The position numbers and the translations under genes are program-made. A stretch of DNA of 63,826 nt, counting the filler, from Octopus bimaculoides (Eukaryota): the NCBI RefSeq assembly GCF_001194135.2. It is 6 parts of 4 records of this genome, joined end to end, with 100 filler letters (N's around TTAATTAATTAA, not from the genome) between each part and the next. Parts side by side here need not be neighbours in the genome. Positions count along the whole stretch, not along the records: positions 62,730 to 63,826 come from NW_026369875.1; 5 more parts are not named here. One strand, given 5' to 3'. Positions 63,540 to 63,826 of this stretch are shown here, in pieces. The notes under the pieces are model-generated. The model did not search any database and had not been told where the DNA came from. It worked only from the letters and a program-made list of their open reading frames with translations. How positions within the stretch are numbered: the stretch's first letter is position 1; the number at the start of each line of letters is the position of its first letter.

Positions 63540-63826
63540 GTAATGATGGTGGTAATGATAACAGCGATGCTGGTGGAGATGGTTAATGATGGTAACGAAG
63601 ATGACGGTGATGATGGTGACAGTGATGACAATAATGATGATGATGATGACGATGCAGATGAAAATGAAAATGGTGTAGTTGATAGCAACGATGATAAAGG
63701 GGAAGGTAGCAATGATGATTATGATGACGATGATGATGATGATGCTGAAGTTGAGAATGACACCAGTAAAAATAGCAACAATTATTATTATTATTATTAT
63801 TATCATTATTATTATTATTATTATTA
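63540..63826. repeat. (GAT)n/(ATT)n compound low-complexity tract
   Basis: Direct reading. Confidence 0.9.

Overview
This is AT-rich, repeat-dense animal genomic DNA with many N gaps. The SINE and LINE families suggest an octopus or other coleoid cephalopod (inference, not checked). There is no prokaryotic content, CRISPR array, rRNA or true tRNA. Two protein-coding genes are supported by splice signals plus recognisable peptide. (1) A minus-strand CDC14-family dual-specificity phosphatase: its conserved 91-nt exon 2 ([30 protein letters not shown]) is at 25707-25797, with two phase-compatible candidate first exons (34776-34890, carrying a basic NLS-like run, and 32538-32586). No later CDC14 exon was found. 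(2) A plus-strand leucine-rich-repeat gene with 72-nt phase-2 LRR exons (60832-60903, and 62572 into a gap) and tentative upstream exons. The rest is mostly decayed mobile DNA: a CR1 LINE, RTE LINEs (one with a PHD finger), restriction-like-endonuclease (R4/Dong-type) retrotransposons clustered in (TAA)n tracts, Penelope-like fragments, three mariners, a Helitron, tRNA-derived SINEs and microsatellites. The most notable unannotated structure is a set of about seven type I hammerhead-ribozyme motifs, probably Penelope-derived. Several sit in long inverted repeats, and the best-preserved intronic ones lie antisense to the host genes. I found no evidence of a wholly new multi-gene system. All calls are by eye and element boundaries are approximate.
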